Source: Eledone cirrhosa (Eukaryota). From it: DNA of 64,000 nucleotides. A program made the position numbers and the translations under genes. This document shows, piece by piece, positions 1-13,700 of the stretch; the first letter of the stretch is position 1; every line of letters starts with the position of its first letter. Below the pieces are notes generated by a model, which had not been told where the DNA came from, did no database searches, and saw only the letters and a program-made list of their open reading frames with translations. The DNA lies in the NCBI GenBank assembly GCA_964016885.1, contig OZ024740.1:3286001-3350000 (forward strand). Reading direction: 5' to 3'.

Positions 1-1596
1 GTCCAAGTTGTACCAAACTATATAGATCAGACAACACAGGCAGTCCAAGTTGTGCCAAACTATATAGATCAGACAACACAGGCAGTCCAAGTTGTACCAA
101 ACTATATAGATCAGACAACACAGGAAGTCCAAGTTGTACCAAACTACATAGATCAGACAATACAGGCAGTCCAAGTTGTACTAAACTATATAGATCAGAC
201 AATACAGGCAGTCCAAGTTGTACCAAACTATATAGATCAGACAATACAGGCAGTCCAAGTTGTACCAAACTATATAGATCAGACAATACAGGCAGTCCAA
301 GTTGTACCAAACTACATAGATCAGACAACACAGGCAGTCCAAGTTGTACCAAACTACATAGATCAGACAACACAGGCAGTCCAAGTCGTACCAAACTACA
401 TAGATCAGGCAATACAGGCAGTCCAAGTTGTACCAAACTATATAGATCAGACAACACAGGCAGTCCAAGTTGTACCAAACTACATAGATCAGACAATACA
501 GGCAGTCCAAGTTGTACCAAACTATATAGATCAGACAACACAGGCAGTCCAAGTTGTACCAAACTATATAGATCAGACAATACAGGCAGTCCAAGTTGTA
601 CCAAACTATATAGATCAGACAACACAGGCAGTACAAGTTGTACCAAACTATATAGATCAGACAACAGAGGCATTCCAAGTTGTACCAAACTATATAGATC
701 AGACAACACAGGCAGTCCATGTTGTACCAAACTACATAGATCAGACAATACAGGCAGTCCAAGTTGTACCAAACTATATAGATCAGACAACACAGGCAGT
801 CCAAGTTGTACCAAACTATATAGATCAGACAACACAGGCAGTCCAAGTTGTACCAAACTACATAGATCAGACAATACAGGCAGTCCAAGTTGTACCAAAC
901 TATATAGATCAGACAATACAGGCAGTCCAAGTTGTACCAAACTATATAGATCAGACAATACAGGCAGTCCAAGTTGTACCAAACTATATAGATCAGACAA
1001 TACAGGCAGTCCAAGTTGTACCAAACTACATAGATCAGACAACACAGGCAGTCCAAGTTGTACCAAACTATATAGATCAGACAACACAGGCAGTCCAAGT
1101 TGTACCAAACTACATAGATCAGACAATACAGGCAGTCCAAGTTGTACCAAACTACATAGATCAGACAACACCAGCAGTCCAAGTTGTACCAAACTATATA
1201 GATCAGACAACACAGGCAGTCCAAGTTGTACCAAACTACATAGATCAGACAATACAGGCAGTCCAGGTTGTACCAAACTACATAGATCAGACAACACAGG
1301 CAGTCCAAGTTGTACCAAACTACATAGATCAGACAACACAGGCAGTCCAAGTTGTACCAAACTATATAGATCAGACAACACAGGCAGTCCAAGTTGTACC
1401 AAACTACATAGATCAGACAATACAGGCAGTCCAAGTTGTACCAAACTACATAGATCAGACAACACAGGCAGTCCAAGTTGTACCAAACTACATAGATCAG
1501 ACAACACAGGCAGTCCAAGTTGTACCAAACTACATAGATCAGACAATACAGGCAGTCCAAGTTGTACCAAACTATATAGATCAGACAACACCGGCA

Positions 1597-3400
1597 GTCC
1601 AAGTTGTCCAAACTACATAGATCAGACAATACAGGCAGTCCAAGTTGTACCAAACTACATAGGTCAGACAACACAGGTAGTCCAAGTTGTACCAAACTAT
1701 ATAGATCAGACAACACAGGCAGTCCAAGTTGTACCAAACTATATAGATCAGACAACACAGGCAGTCCAAGTTGTACCAAACTATATAGATCAGACAACAC
1801 AGGCAGTCCAAGTTGTACCAAACTATATAGATCAGACAACACAGGGAGTCCAAGTTGTACCAAACTATATAGATCACACAACACAGGCAGTCCAAGTTGT
1901 ACCAAACTACATAGATCAGACAATACAGGCAGTCCAAGTTGTACTAAACTATATAGATCAGACAATACAGGCAGTCCAAGTTGTACCAAACTATATAGAT
2001 CAGACAATACAGGCAGTCCAAGTTGTACCAAACTATATAGATCAGACAATACAGGCAGTCCAAGTTGTACCAAACTACATAGATCAGACAACACAGGCAG
2101 TCCAAGTTGTACCAAACTACATAGATCAGACAACACAGGCAGTCCAAGTTGTACCAAACTACATAGATCAGACAATACAGGCAGTCCAAGTTGTACCAAA
2201 CTACATAGATCAGACAACACAGGCAGTCCAAGTTGTACCAAACTACATAGATCAGACAATACAGGCAGTCCAAGTTGTACCAAACTACATAGATCAGACA
2301 ATACAGGCAGTCCAAGTTGTACCAAACTACATAGATCAGACAATACAGGCAGTCCAGGTTGTACCAAACTACATAGATCAGACAACACAGGCAGTCCAAG
2401 TTGTACCAAACTATATAGATCAGACAACACAGGCAGTCCAAGTTGTACCAAACTACATAGATCAGACAATACAGGCAGTCCAAGCTGTACCAAACTACAT
2501 AGATCAGACAACACAGGCAGTCCAAGTTGTACCAAACTACATAGATCAGACAACACAGGCAGTCTAAGTTGTACCAAACTACATAGATCAGACAATACAG
2601 GCAGTCCAAGTTGTCCAAACTACATAGATCAGACAATACAGGCAGTCCAAGTTGTACCAAACTACATAGGTCAGACAACACAGGCAGTCCAAGTTGTACC
2701 AAACTATATAGATCAGACAACACAGGCAGTCCAAGTTGTACCAAACTATATAGATCAGACAACACAGGCAGTCCAAGTTGTACCAAACTATATAGATCAG
2801 ACAACACAGGCAGTCCAAGTTGTACCAAACTATATAGATCAGACAACACAGGAAGTCCAAGTTGTACCAAACTATATAGATCACACAACACAGGCAGTCC
2901 AAGTTGTACCAAACTACATAGATCAGACAATACAGGCAGTCCAAGTTGTACTAAACTATATAGATCAGACAATACAGGCAGTCCAAGTTGTACCAAACTA
3001 TATAGATCAGACAATACAGGCAGTCCAAGTTGTACCAAACTATATAGATCAGACAATACAGGCAGTCCAAGTTGTACCAAACTACATAGATCAGACAACA
3101 CAGGCAGTCCAAGTTGTACCAAACTACATAGATCAGACAACACAGGCAGTCCAAGTTGTACCAAACTACATAGATCAGACAATACAGGCAGTCCAAGTTG
3201 TACCAAACTACATAGATCAGACAACACAGGCAGTCCAAGTTGTACCAAACTACATAGATCAGACAATACATGCAGTCCAAGTTGTACCAAACTACATAGA
3301 TCAGACAATACAGGCAGTCCAAGTTGTACCAAACTACATAGATCAGACAACACAGGCAGTCCAGGTTGTACCAAACTACATAGATCAGACAACACAGGCA
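1597..3400. repeat. Tandem duplication, 24-unit period (1007 bp)
   Basis: Markers recur 1007 bp apart (24x42-1): GTTGT-CC deletion 1607/2614, AGGTCAG ~1661/2668, GATCACAC ~1872/2879, GTACTAAA ~1941/2948. The right boundary is approximate. Confidence 0.85.
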
Positions 3401-5330
3401 GTCCAAGTTGTACCAAACTACATAGATCAGACAACACAGGCAGTCCAGGTTGTACCAAACTAGATAGATCAGACAACACAGGCAGTCCAAGTTGTACCAA
3501 ACTATATAGATCAGACAACACAGGCAGTCCAAGTTGTACCAAACTATATAGATCAGACAACACAGGCAGTCCAAGTTGTACCAAACTATATAGATCAGAC
3601 AACACAGGCAGTCCAAGTTGTACCAAACTATATAGATCAGACAAACAGGCAGTCTAAGTTGTACCAAACTACATAGATCAGACAACACAGGCAGTCCAAG
3701 TTGTACCAAACTATATAGATCAGACAACACAGGCAGTCCAAGTTGTACCAAACTACATAGATCAGACAATACAGGCAGTCCAAGTTGTACCAAACTACAT
3801 AGATCAGACAACACAGGCAGTCCAAGTTGTACCAAACTACATAGATCAGACAATACAGGCAGTCCAAGTTGTACCAAACTATATAGATCAGACAACACAG
3901 GCAGTCCAAGTTGTACCAAACTACATAGATCAGACAATACAGGCAGTCCAAGTTGTACCAAACTATATAGATCAGACAACACAGGCAGTCCAAGTTGTAC
4001 CAAACTACATAGATCAGACAATACAGGCAGTCCAAGTTGTACCAAACTACATAGGTCAGACAACACAGGCAGTCCAAGTTGTACCAAACTATATAGATCA
4101 GACAACACAGGCAGTCCAAGTTGTACCAAACTATATAGATCAGACAAACAGGCAGTCTAAGTTGTACCAAACTATATAGATCAGACAACACAGGCAGTCC
4201 AAGTTGTACCAAACTATATAGATCAGACAACACAGGCAGTCCAAGTTGTACCAAACTATATAGATCAGAAAACACAGGCAGTACAAGTTGTACCAAACTA
4301 TATAGATCAGACAACAGAGGCATTCCAAGTTGTACCAAACTATATAGATCAGACAACACAGGCAGTCCATGTTGTACCAAACTACATAGATCAGACAATA
4401 CAGGCAGTCCAAGTTGTCCCAAACTATATAGATCAGACAACACAGGCAGTCCAAGTTGTACCAAACTATATAGGTCAGACAATACAGGCAGTCCAAGTTG
4501 TACCAAACTACATAGATCAGACAACACAGGCAGTCCAAGTTGTACCAAACTATATAGATCAGACAACACAGGCAGTCCAAATTGTACCAAACTACATAGA
4601 TCAGACAATACAGGCAGTCCAAGTTGTACCAAACTATATAGATCAGACAATACAGGCAGTCCAAGTTGTACCAAACTATATAGATCAGACAATACTGGCA
4701 GTCCAAGTTGTACCAAACTATATAGATCAGACAATACAGGCAGTCCAAGTTGTACCAAACTACATAGATCAGACAACACAGGCAGTCCAAGTTGTACCAA
4801 ACTATATAGATCAGACAACACAGGCAGTCCAAGTTGTACCAAACTACATAGATCAGACAATACAGGCAGTCCAAGTTGTACCAAACTACATAGATCAGAC
4901 AACACAGGCAGTCCAAGTTGTACCAAACTATATAGATCAGACAACACAGGCAGTCCAAGTTGTACCAAACTACATAGATCAGACAATACAGGCAGTCCAG
5001 GTTGTACCAAACTACATAGATCAGACAACACAGGCAGTCCAAGTTGTACCAAACTACATAGATCAGACAACACAGGCAGTCCAAGTTGTACCAAACTATA
5101 TAGATCAGACAACACAGGCAGTCCAAGTTGTACCAAACTACATAGATCAGACAATACAGGCAGTCCAAGTTGTACCAAACTACATAGATCAGACAACACA
5201 GGCAGTCCAAGTTGTACCAAACTACATAGATCAGACAACACAGGCAGTCCAAGTTGTACCAAACTACATAGATCAGACAATACAGGCAGTCCAAGTTGTA
5301 CCAAACTATATAGATCAGACAACACAGGCA

Positions 5331-7560
5331 GTCCAAGTTGTCCAAACTACATAGATCAGACAATACAGGCTGTCCAAGTTGTACCAAACTACATAGGTCA
5401 GACAACACAGGCAGTCCAAGTTGTACCAAACTATATAGATCAGACAACACAGGCAGTCCAAGTTGTACCAAACTATATAGATCAGACAACACAGGCAGTC
5501 CAAGTTGTACCAAACTATATAGATCAGACAACACAGGCAGTCCAAGTTGTACCAAACTATATAGATCAGACAACCCAGGGAGTCCAAGTTGTACCAAACT
5601 ATATAGATCAGACAACACAGGCAGTCCAAGTTGTACCAAACTACATAGATCAGACAATACAGGCAGTCCAAGTTGTACTAAACTATATAGATCAGACAAT
5701 ACAGGCAGTCCAAGTTGTACCAAACTATATAGATCAGACAATACACGCAGTCCAAGTTGTACCAAACTATATAGATCAGACAATACAGGCAGTCCAAGTT
5801 GTACCAAACTACATAGATCAGACAACACAGGCAGTCCAAGTTGTACCAAACTATATAGATCAGACAACACAGGCAGTCCAAGTTGTACCAAACTACATAG
5901 ATCAGACAATACAGGCAGTCCAAGTTGTACCAAACTACATAGATCAGACAATACAGGCAGTCCAAGTTGTACCAAACTACATAGATCAGACAACACAGGC
6001 AGTCCAGGTTGTACCAAACTACATAGATCAGACAACACAGGCAGTCCAAGTTGTACCAAACTACATAGATCAGACAATACAGGCAGTCCAAGTTGTACCA
6101 AACTAGATAGATCAGACAACACAGGCAGTCCAAGTTGTACCACACTACATAGATCAGACAATACAGGCAGTCCAAGTTGTACCAAACTACATAGATCAGA
6201 CAATACAGGCAGTCCAAGTTGTACCAAACTACATAGATCAGACAATACAGGCAGTCCAAGGTGTACCAAACTACAGAGGTCAGACAATACAGGCAGTCCA
6301 AGTTGTACCAAACTACATAGATCAGACAATACAGGCAGTCCAAGTTGTACCAAACTAGATAGATCAGACAACACAGGCAGTCCAAGTTGTACCAAACTAC
6401 ATAGATCAGACAATACAGGCAGTCCAAGTTGTACCAAACTATATAGATCAGACAACACAGGCAGTCCAAGTTGTCCAAACTACATAGATCAGACAATACA
6501 GGCTGTCCAAGTTGTACCAAACTACATAGGTCAGACAACACAGGCAGTCCAAGTTGTACCAAACTATATAGATCAGACAACACAGGCAGTCCAAGTTGTA
6601 CCAAACTATATAGATCAGACAACACAGGCAGTCCAAGTTGTACCAAACTATATAGATCAGACAACACAGGCAGTCCAAGTTGTACCAAACTATATAGATC
6701 AGACAACACAGGGAGTCCAAGTTGTACCAAACTATATAGATCAGACAACACAGGCAGTCCAAGTTGTACCAAACTACATAGATCAGACAATACAGGCAGT
6801 CCAAGTTGTACTAAACTATATAGATCAGACAATACAGGCAGTCCAAGTTGTACCAAACTATATAGATCAGACAATACACGCAGTCCAAGTTGTACCAAAC
6901 TATATAGATCAGACAATACAGGCAGTCCAAGTTGTACCAAACTACATAGATCAGACAACACAGGCAGTCCAAGTTGTACCAAACTATATAGATCAGACAA
7001 CACAGGCAGTCCAAGTTGTACCAAACTACATAGATCAGACAATACAGGCAGTCCAAGTTGTACCAAACTACATAGATCAGACAATACAGGCAGTCCAAGT
7101 TGTACCAAACTACATAGATCAGACAACACAGGCAGTCCAGGTTGTACCAAACTACATAGATCAGACAACACAGGCAGTCCAAGTTGTACCAAACTACATA
7201 GATCAGACAATACAGGCAGTCCAAGTTGTACCAAACTAGATAGATCAGACAACACAGGCAGTCCAAGTTGTACCACACTACATAGATCAGACAATACAGG
7301 CAGTCCAAGTTGTACCAAACTACATAGATCAGACAATACAGGCAGTCCAAGTTGTACCAAACTACATAGATCAGACAATACAGGCAGTCCAAGGTGTACC
7401 AAACTACATAGGTCAGACAATACAGGCAGTCCAAGTTGTACCAAACTACATAGATCAGACAATACAGGCAGTCCAAGTTGTACCAAACTAGATAGATCAG
7501 ACAACACAGGCAGTCCAAGTTGTACCAAACTACATAGATCAGACAATACAGGCAGTCCAA
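5331..7560. repeat. Tandem duplication, 27-unit period (1133 bp)
   Basis: Markers recur 1133 bp apart (27x42-1): deletion 5341/6474, GGCTGTCC 5368/6501, ACACGCAG ~5743/6876, CCACACT ~6140/7273, AAGGTGTA ~6258/7391. Confidence 0.9.
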
Positions 7561-10500
7561 GTTGTACCAAACTAGATAGATCAGACAACACTGGCAGTCC
7601 AAGTTGTACCAAACTACATAGATCAGACAATACAGGCAGTCCAAGTTGTACCAAACTACATAGATCAGACAATACAGGCAGTCCAAGTTGTACCAAACTA
7701 CATAGATCAGACAACACAGGCAGTCCAAGTTGTACCAAACTATATAGATCAGACAATACAGGCAGTCCAAGTTGTACCAAACTACATAGATCAGACAACA
7801 CAGGCAGTCCAAGTTGTACCAAACTACATAGATCAGACAATACAGGCAGTCCAAGTTGTACCAAACTACATAGATCAGACAATACAGGCAGTCCAAGTTG
7901 TACCAAACTACATAGGTCAGACAATACAGGCAGTCCAAGTTGTACCAAACTACATAGATCAGACAATACAGGCAGTCCAAGTTGTACCAAACTACATAGA
8001 TCAGACAACACAGGCAGTCCAAGTTGTACCAAACTACATAGATCAGACAACACAGGCAGTCCAAGTTGTACCAAACTACATAGATCAGACAACACAGGCA
8101 GTCCAAGTTGTACCAAACTACATAGATCAGATAACACAAGCAGTCCAAGTTGTACCAAACTACATAGATCAGACAACACAGGCAGTCCAAGTTGTACCAA
8201 ACTACATTGATCAGACAACACAGGCAGTCCAAGTTGTACCAAACTACATAGATCAGACAACACAGGCAGTCCAAGTTGTACCAAACTACATAGATCAGAC
8301 AACACAGGCAGTCTAAGTTGTACCAAACTACATAGATCAGACAACACAGGCAGTCCAAGTTGTACCAAACTACATAGATCAGACAACACAGGCAGTCCAA
8401 GTTGTACCAAACTACATAGATCAGACAACACAGGCAGTCCAAGTTGTACCAAACTACATAGATCAGACAACACAGGCAGTCCAAGTTGTACCAAACTACA
8501 TAGATCAGACAACACAGGCAGTCCAAGTTGTACCAAACTACATAGATCAGACAACACAGGCAGTCCAAGTTGTACCAAACTAGATAGATCAGACAACACA
8601 GGCAGTCCAAGTTGTACCAAACTACATAGATCAGTCAACACAGGCAGTCCAAGTTGTACCAAACTAGATAGATCAGACAATACAGGCAGTCCAAGTTGTA
8701 CCAAACTACATAGATCAGACAACACAGGCAGTCCAAGTTGTACCAAACTACATAGATCAGACAACACAGGGTGTCCAAGTTGTACCAAACTACATAGATC
8801 AGACAACACAGGCAGTCCAAGTTGTACCAAACTACATAGATCAGACAATACAGGCAGTCCAAGTTGTACCAAACTAGATAGATCAGACAATACAGGCAGT
8901 CCAAGTTGTACCAAACTACATAGATCAGACAATACAGGCAGTCCGAGTTGTACCAAACTACATAGATCAGACAATACAGGCAGTCCAAGTTGTACCAAAC
9001 TAGATATATCAGACAACACAGGCAGTCCAAGTTGTACCAAACTAGATAGATCAGACAATACAGGCAGTCCAAGTTGTACCAAACTACATAGATCAGACAA
9101 TACAGGCAGTCCAAGTTGTACCAAACTACATAGATCAGACAACACAGGCAGTCCAAGTTGTACCAAACTACATAGATCAGACTACACAGCGTGTCCAGGT
9201 TGTACCAAACGACATAGATCAGACAACACAGGGTGTCCAGGTTGTACCAAACTACATAGATCAGACAACACAGGGTGTCCAAGTTGTACCAAACTACATA
9301 GATCAGACAACACAGGCAGTCCAAGTCGTACCAAACTAGATAGATCAGACAACACAGGCAGTCCAAGTTGTACCAAACTACATACATCAGACAACACAGG
9401 CAGTCCAAGTTGTACCAAACTACATAGATCAGACAACACAGGCAGTCCAAGTCGTACCAAACTACATAGATCAGACAACACAGGCAGTCCAAATTATACC
9501 AAACTACATAGATCAGACAACACAGGCAGTCCAAGTTATACCAAACTACATAGATCAGACAATACAGGCAGTCCAAGTTGTACCAAACTACATAGATCAG
9601 ACAACACAGGCAGTCCAAGTTGTACCAAACTACATAGATCAGACAATACAGGCAGTCCAAGTTGTACCAAACTACATAGATCAGACAACACAGGCAGTCC
9701 AAGTTGTACCAAACTACATAGATCAGACAATACAGGCACTCCAAGTTATACCAAACTACATAGATCAGACAACACAGGCAGTCCAAGTTGTACCAAACTA
9801 GATAGATCAGACAATACAGGCAGTCCAAGTTGTACCAAACTACATAGATCAGACAATACAGGCAGTCCAAGTTGTACCAAACTACATAGGTCAGACAATA
9901 CAGGCAGTGCAAGTTGTACCAAACTACATAGGTCAGACAATACAGGCAGTCCAAGTTGTACCAAACTACATAGATCAGACAACACAGGCAGTCCAAGTTG
10001 TACCAAACTACATAGATCAGACAATACAGGCAGTCCAAGTTGTACCAAACTACATAGATCAGACAATACAGGCAGTCCAAGTTGTACCAAACTACATAGA
10101 TCAGACAACACAGGTAGTCCAAGTTGTACCAAACTACATAGATCAGACAATACAGGCAGTCCAAGTTGTACCAAACTACATAGATCAGACAATACAGGCA
10201 GTCCAAGTTGTACCAAACTACATAGATCAGACAACACAGGCAGTCCAAGTTGTACCAAACTACATAGATCAGACAACACAGGCAGTCCAAGTTGTACAAA
10301 ACTACATAGATCAGACAATACAGGCAGTCCAAGTTGTACCAAACTACATAGAGCAGACAATACAGGCAGTCCAAGTTGTACCAAACTACATAGATCAGAC
10401 AACACAGGCAGTCCAAGTTGTACCAAACTACATAGATCAGACAACACAGGCAGTCCAAGTTGTACCAAACTACATAGATCAGACAACACAGGGTGTCCAA

Positions 10501-10704
10501 GTTGTACCAAACTACATAGATCAGACAACACAGGCAGTCCAAGTTGTACCAAACTAGATAGATCAGACAATACAGGCAGTCCAAGTTGTACCAAACTACA
10601 TAGATCAGACAATACAGGCAGTCCAAGTTGTACCAAACTACATAGATCAGACAACACAGGCAGTCCAAGTTGTACCAAACTACATAGATCAGACAACACA
10701 GGCA

Positions 10705-13700
10705 GTCCAAGTAGTACCAAACTACATAGATCAGACAACACAGGCAGTCCAAGTTGTACCAAACTAGATAGATCAGACAACACAGGCAGTCCAAGTTGTA
10801 CCAAACTAGATAGATCAGACAACACAGGCAGTCCAAGTTGTACCAAACTAGATAGATCAGACAACACAGGCAGTCCAAGTTGTACCAAACTAGATAGATC
10901 AGACAACACAGGCAGTCCAAGTTGTACCAAACTAGATAGATCAGACAACACAGGCAGTCCAAGTTGTACCAAACTAGATAGATCAGACAACACAGGCAGT
11001 CCAAGTAGTACCAAACTACATAGATCAGACAACACAGGCAGTCCAAGTTGTACCAAACTAGATAGTTCAGACAACACAGGCAGTCCAAGTAGTACCAAAC
11101 TACATAGATCAGACAACACAGGCAGTCCAAGTTGTACCAAACTAGATAGATCAGACAACACAGGCAGTCTAAGTAGTACCAAACTACATAGATCAGACAA
11201 CACAGGCAGTCCAAGTTGTACCAAACTAGATAGATCAGACAACACAGGCAGTCCAAGTTGTACCAAACTAGATAGATCAGACAACACAGGCAGTCCAAGT
11301 TGTACCAAACTAGATAGATCAGACAACACAGGCAGTCCAAGTAGTACCAAACTACATAGATCAGACAACACAGGCAGTCCAAGTTGTACCAAACTAGATA
11401 GATCAGACAACACAGGCAGTCCAAGTAGTACCAAACTACATAGATCAGACAACACAGGCAGTCCAAGTTGTACCAAACTAGATAGATCAGACAACACAGG
11501 CAGTCCAAGTTGTACCAAACTAGATAGATCAGACAACACAGGCAGTCCAAGTTGTACCAAACTAGATAGATCAGACAACACAGGCAGTCCAAGTTGTACC
11601 AAACTACATAGATCAGACAACACAGGCAGTCCAAGTTGTACCAAACTACATAGGTCAGACAACACAGGCAGTCCAAGTTGTACCAAACTATATAGATCAG
11701 ACAATACAGGCAGTCCAAGTTGTACCAAACTACATAGATTAGACAACACAGGCAGTCCAAGTTGTACCAAACTAGATAGATCAGACAATACAGGCAGTCC
11801 AAGTTGTACCAAACTACATAGATCAGACAATACAGGCAGTCCAAGTTGTACCAAACTACATAGATCAGACAACACAGGCAGTCCAAGTTGTACCAAACTA
11901 CATAGATCAGACAACACAGGCAGTCCAAGTAGTACCAAACTACATAGATCAGACAACACAGGCAGTCCAAGTTGTACCAAACTAGATAGATCAGACAACA
12001 CAGGCAGTCCAAGTTGTACCAAACTAGATAGATCAGACAACACAGGCAGTCCAAGTTGTACCAAACTAGATAGATCAGACAACACAGGCAGTCCAAGTTG
12101 TACCAAACTAGATAGATCAGACAACACAGGCAGTCCAAGTTGTACCAAACTAGATAGATCAGACAACACAGGCAGTCCAAGTTGTACCAAACTAGATAGA
12201 TCAGACAACACAGGCAGTCCAAGTAGTACCAAACTACATAGATCAGACAACACAGGCAGTCCAAGTTGTACCAAACTAGATAGATCAGACAACACAGGCA
12301 GTCCAAGTAGTACCAAACTACATAGATCAGACAACACAGGAAGTCCAAGTTGTACCAAACTAGATAGATCAGACAACACAGGCAGTCCATGTAGTACCAA
12401 ACTACATAGATCAGACAACACAGGCAGTCCAAGTTGTACCAAACTAGATAGATCAGACAACACAGGCAGTCCAAGTTGTACCAAACTAGATAGATCAGAC
12501 AACACAGGCAGTCCAAGTTGTACCAAACTAGATAGATCAGACAACACAGGCAGTCCAAGTAGTACCAAACTACATAGATCAGACAACACAGGCAGTCCAA
12601 GTTGTACCAAACTAGATAGATCAGACAACACAGGCAGTCCAAGTAGTACCAAACTACATAGATCAGACAACACAGGCAGTCCAAGTTGTACCAAACTAGA
12701 TAGATCAGACAACACAGGCAGTCCAAGTTGTACCAAACTAGATAGATCAGACAACACAGGCAGTCCAAGTTGTACCAAACTAGATAGATCAGACAACACA
12801 GGCAGTCCAAGTTGTACCAAACTACATAGATCAGACAACACAGGCAGTCCAAGTTGTACCAAACTACATAGGTCAGACAACACAGGCAGTCCAAGTTGTA
12901 CCAAACTATATAGATCAGACAATACAGGCAGTCCAAGTTGTACCAAACTACATAGATTAGACAACACAGGCAGTCCAAGTTGTACCAAACTACATAGGTC
13001 AGACAACACAGGCAGTCCAAGTTGTACCAAACTACATAGGTCAGACAACACAGGCAGTCCAAGTTGTACCAAACTAGATACATCAGACAATACAGGCAGT
13101 CCAAGTTGTACCAAACTACATAGATCAGACAATACAGGCAGTCCAAGTTGTACCAAACTACATAGATCAGACAACACAGGCAGTCCAAGTTGTACCAAAC
13201 TACATAGATCAGACAATACAGGCAGTCCAAGTTGTACCAAACTAGAAAGATCAGACAACACAGGCAGTCCAAGTTGTACCAAACTAGATAGATCAGACAA
13301 TACAGGCAGTCCAAGTTGTACCAAACTACATAGATCAGACAACACAGGCAGTCCAAGTTGTACCAAACTACATAGATCAGACAACACAGGCAGTCCAAGT
13401 CGTACCAAACTAGATAGATCAGACAACACAGGCAGTCCAAGTTGTACCAAACTACATAGATCAGACAACACAGGCAGTCCAAGTTGTACCAAACTACATA
13501 AATCAGACAACACAGGCAGTCCAAGTTGTACCAAACTACATAGATCAGACAACACAGGCAGTCCAAGTCGTACCAAACTAGATAGATCAGACAACACAGG
13601 CAGTCCAAGTTGTACCAAACTACATAGATCAGACAACACGGGCAGTCCAAGTTGTACCAAACTACATAGATCAGACAACACAGGCAGTCCAAGTCGTACC

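Larger units (their letters stand above)
1..7750. repeat. Sub-domain A: T21 (TATATAG)-rich units, holding six of the eight 1-bp deletions
   Basis: CTATATAG units are very common up to ~7 kb and only sporadic afterwards. Deletions fall after 1607, 2614, 3644, 4147, 5341 and 6474. Confidence 0.9.

Noticed and set aside
52-1620. Plus-strand (VQVVPNYIDQTTQA)n ORFs
   Set aside because: The frequent G21 allele creates an in-frame TAG in a large share of units, and the starts are chance GTG/ATG variants.
1600-6480. Programmed frameshifts or phase variation joining two peptide repeats
   Set aside because: The chimeric ORFs come from duplicated 1-bp deletions. There is no slippery tract and no evidence of a gene.
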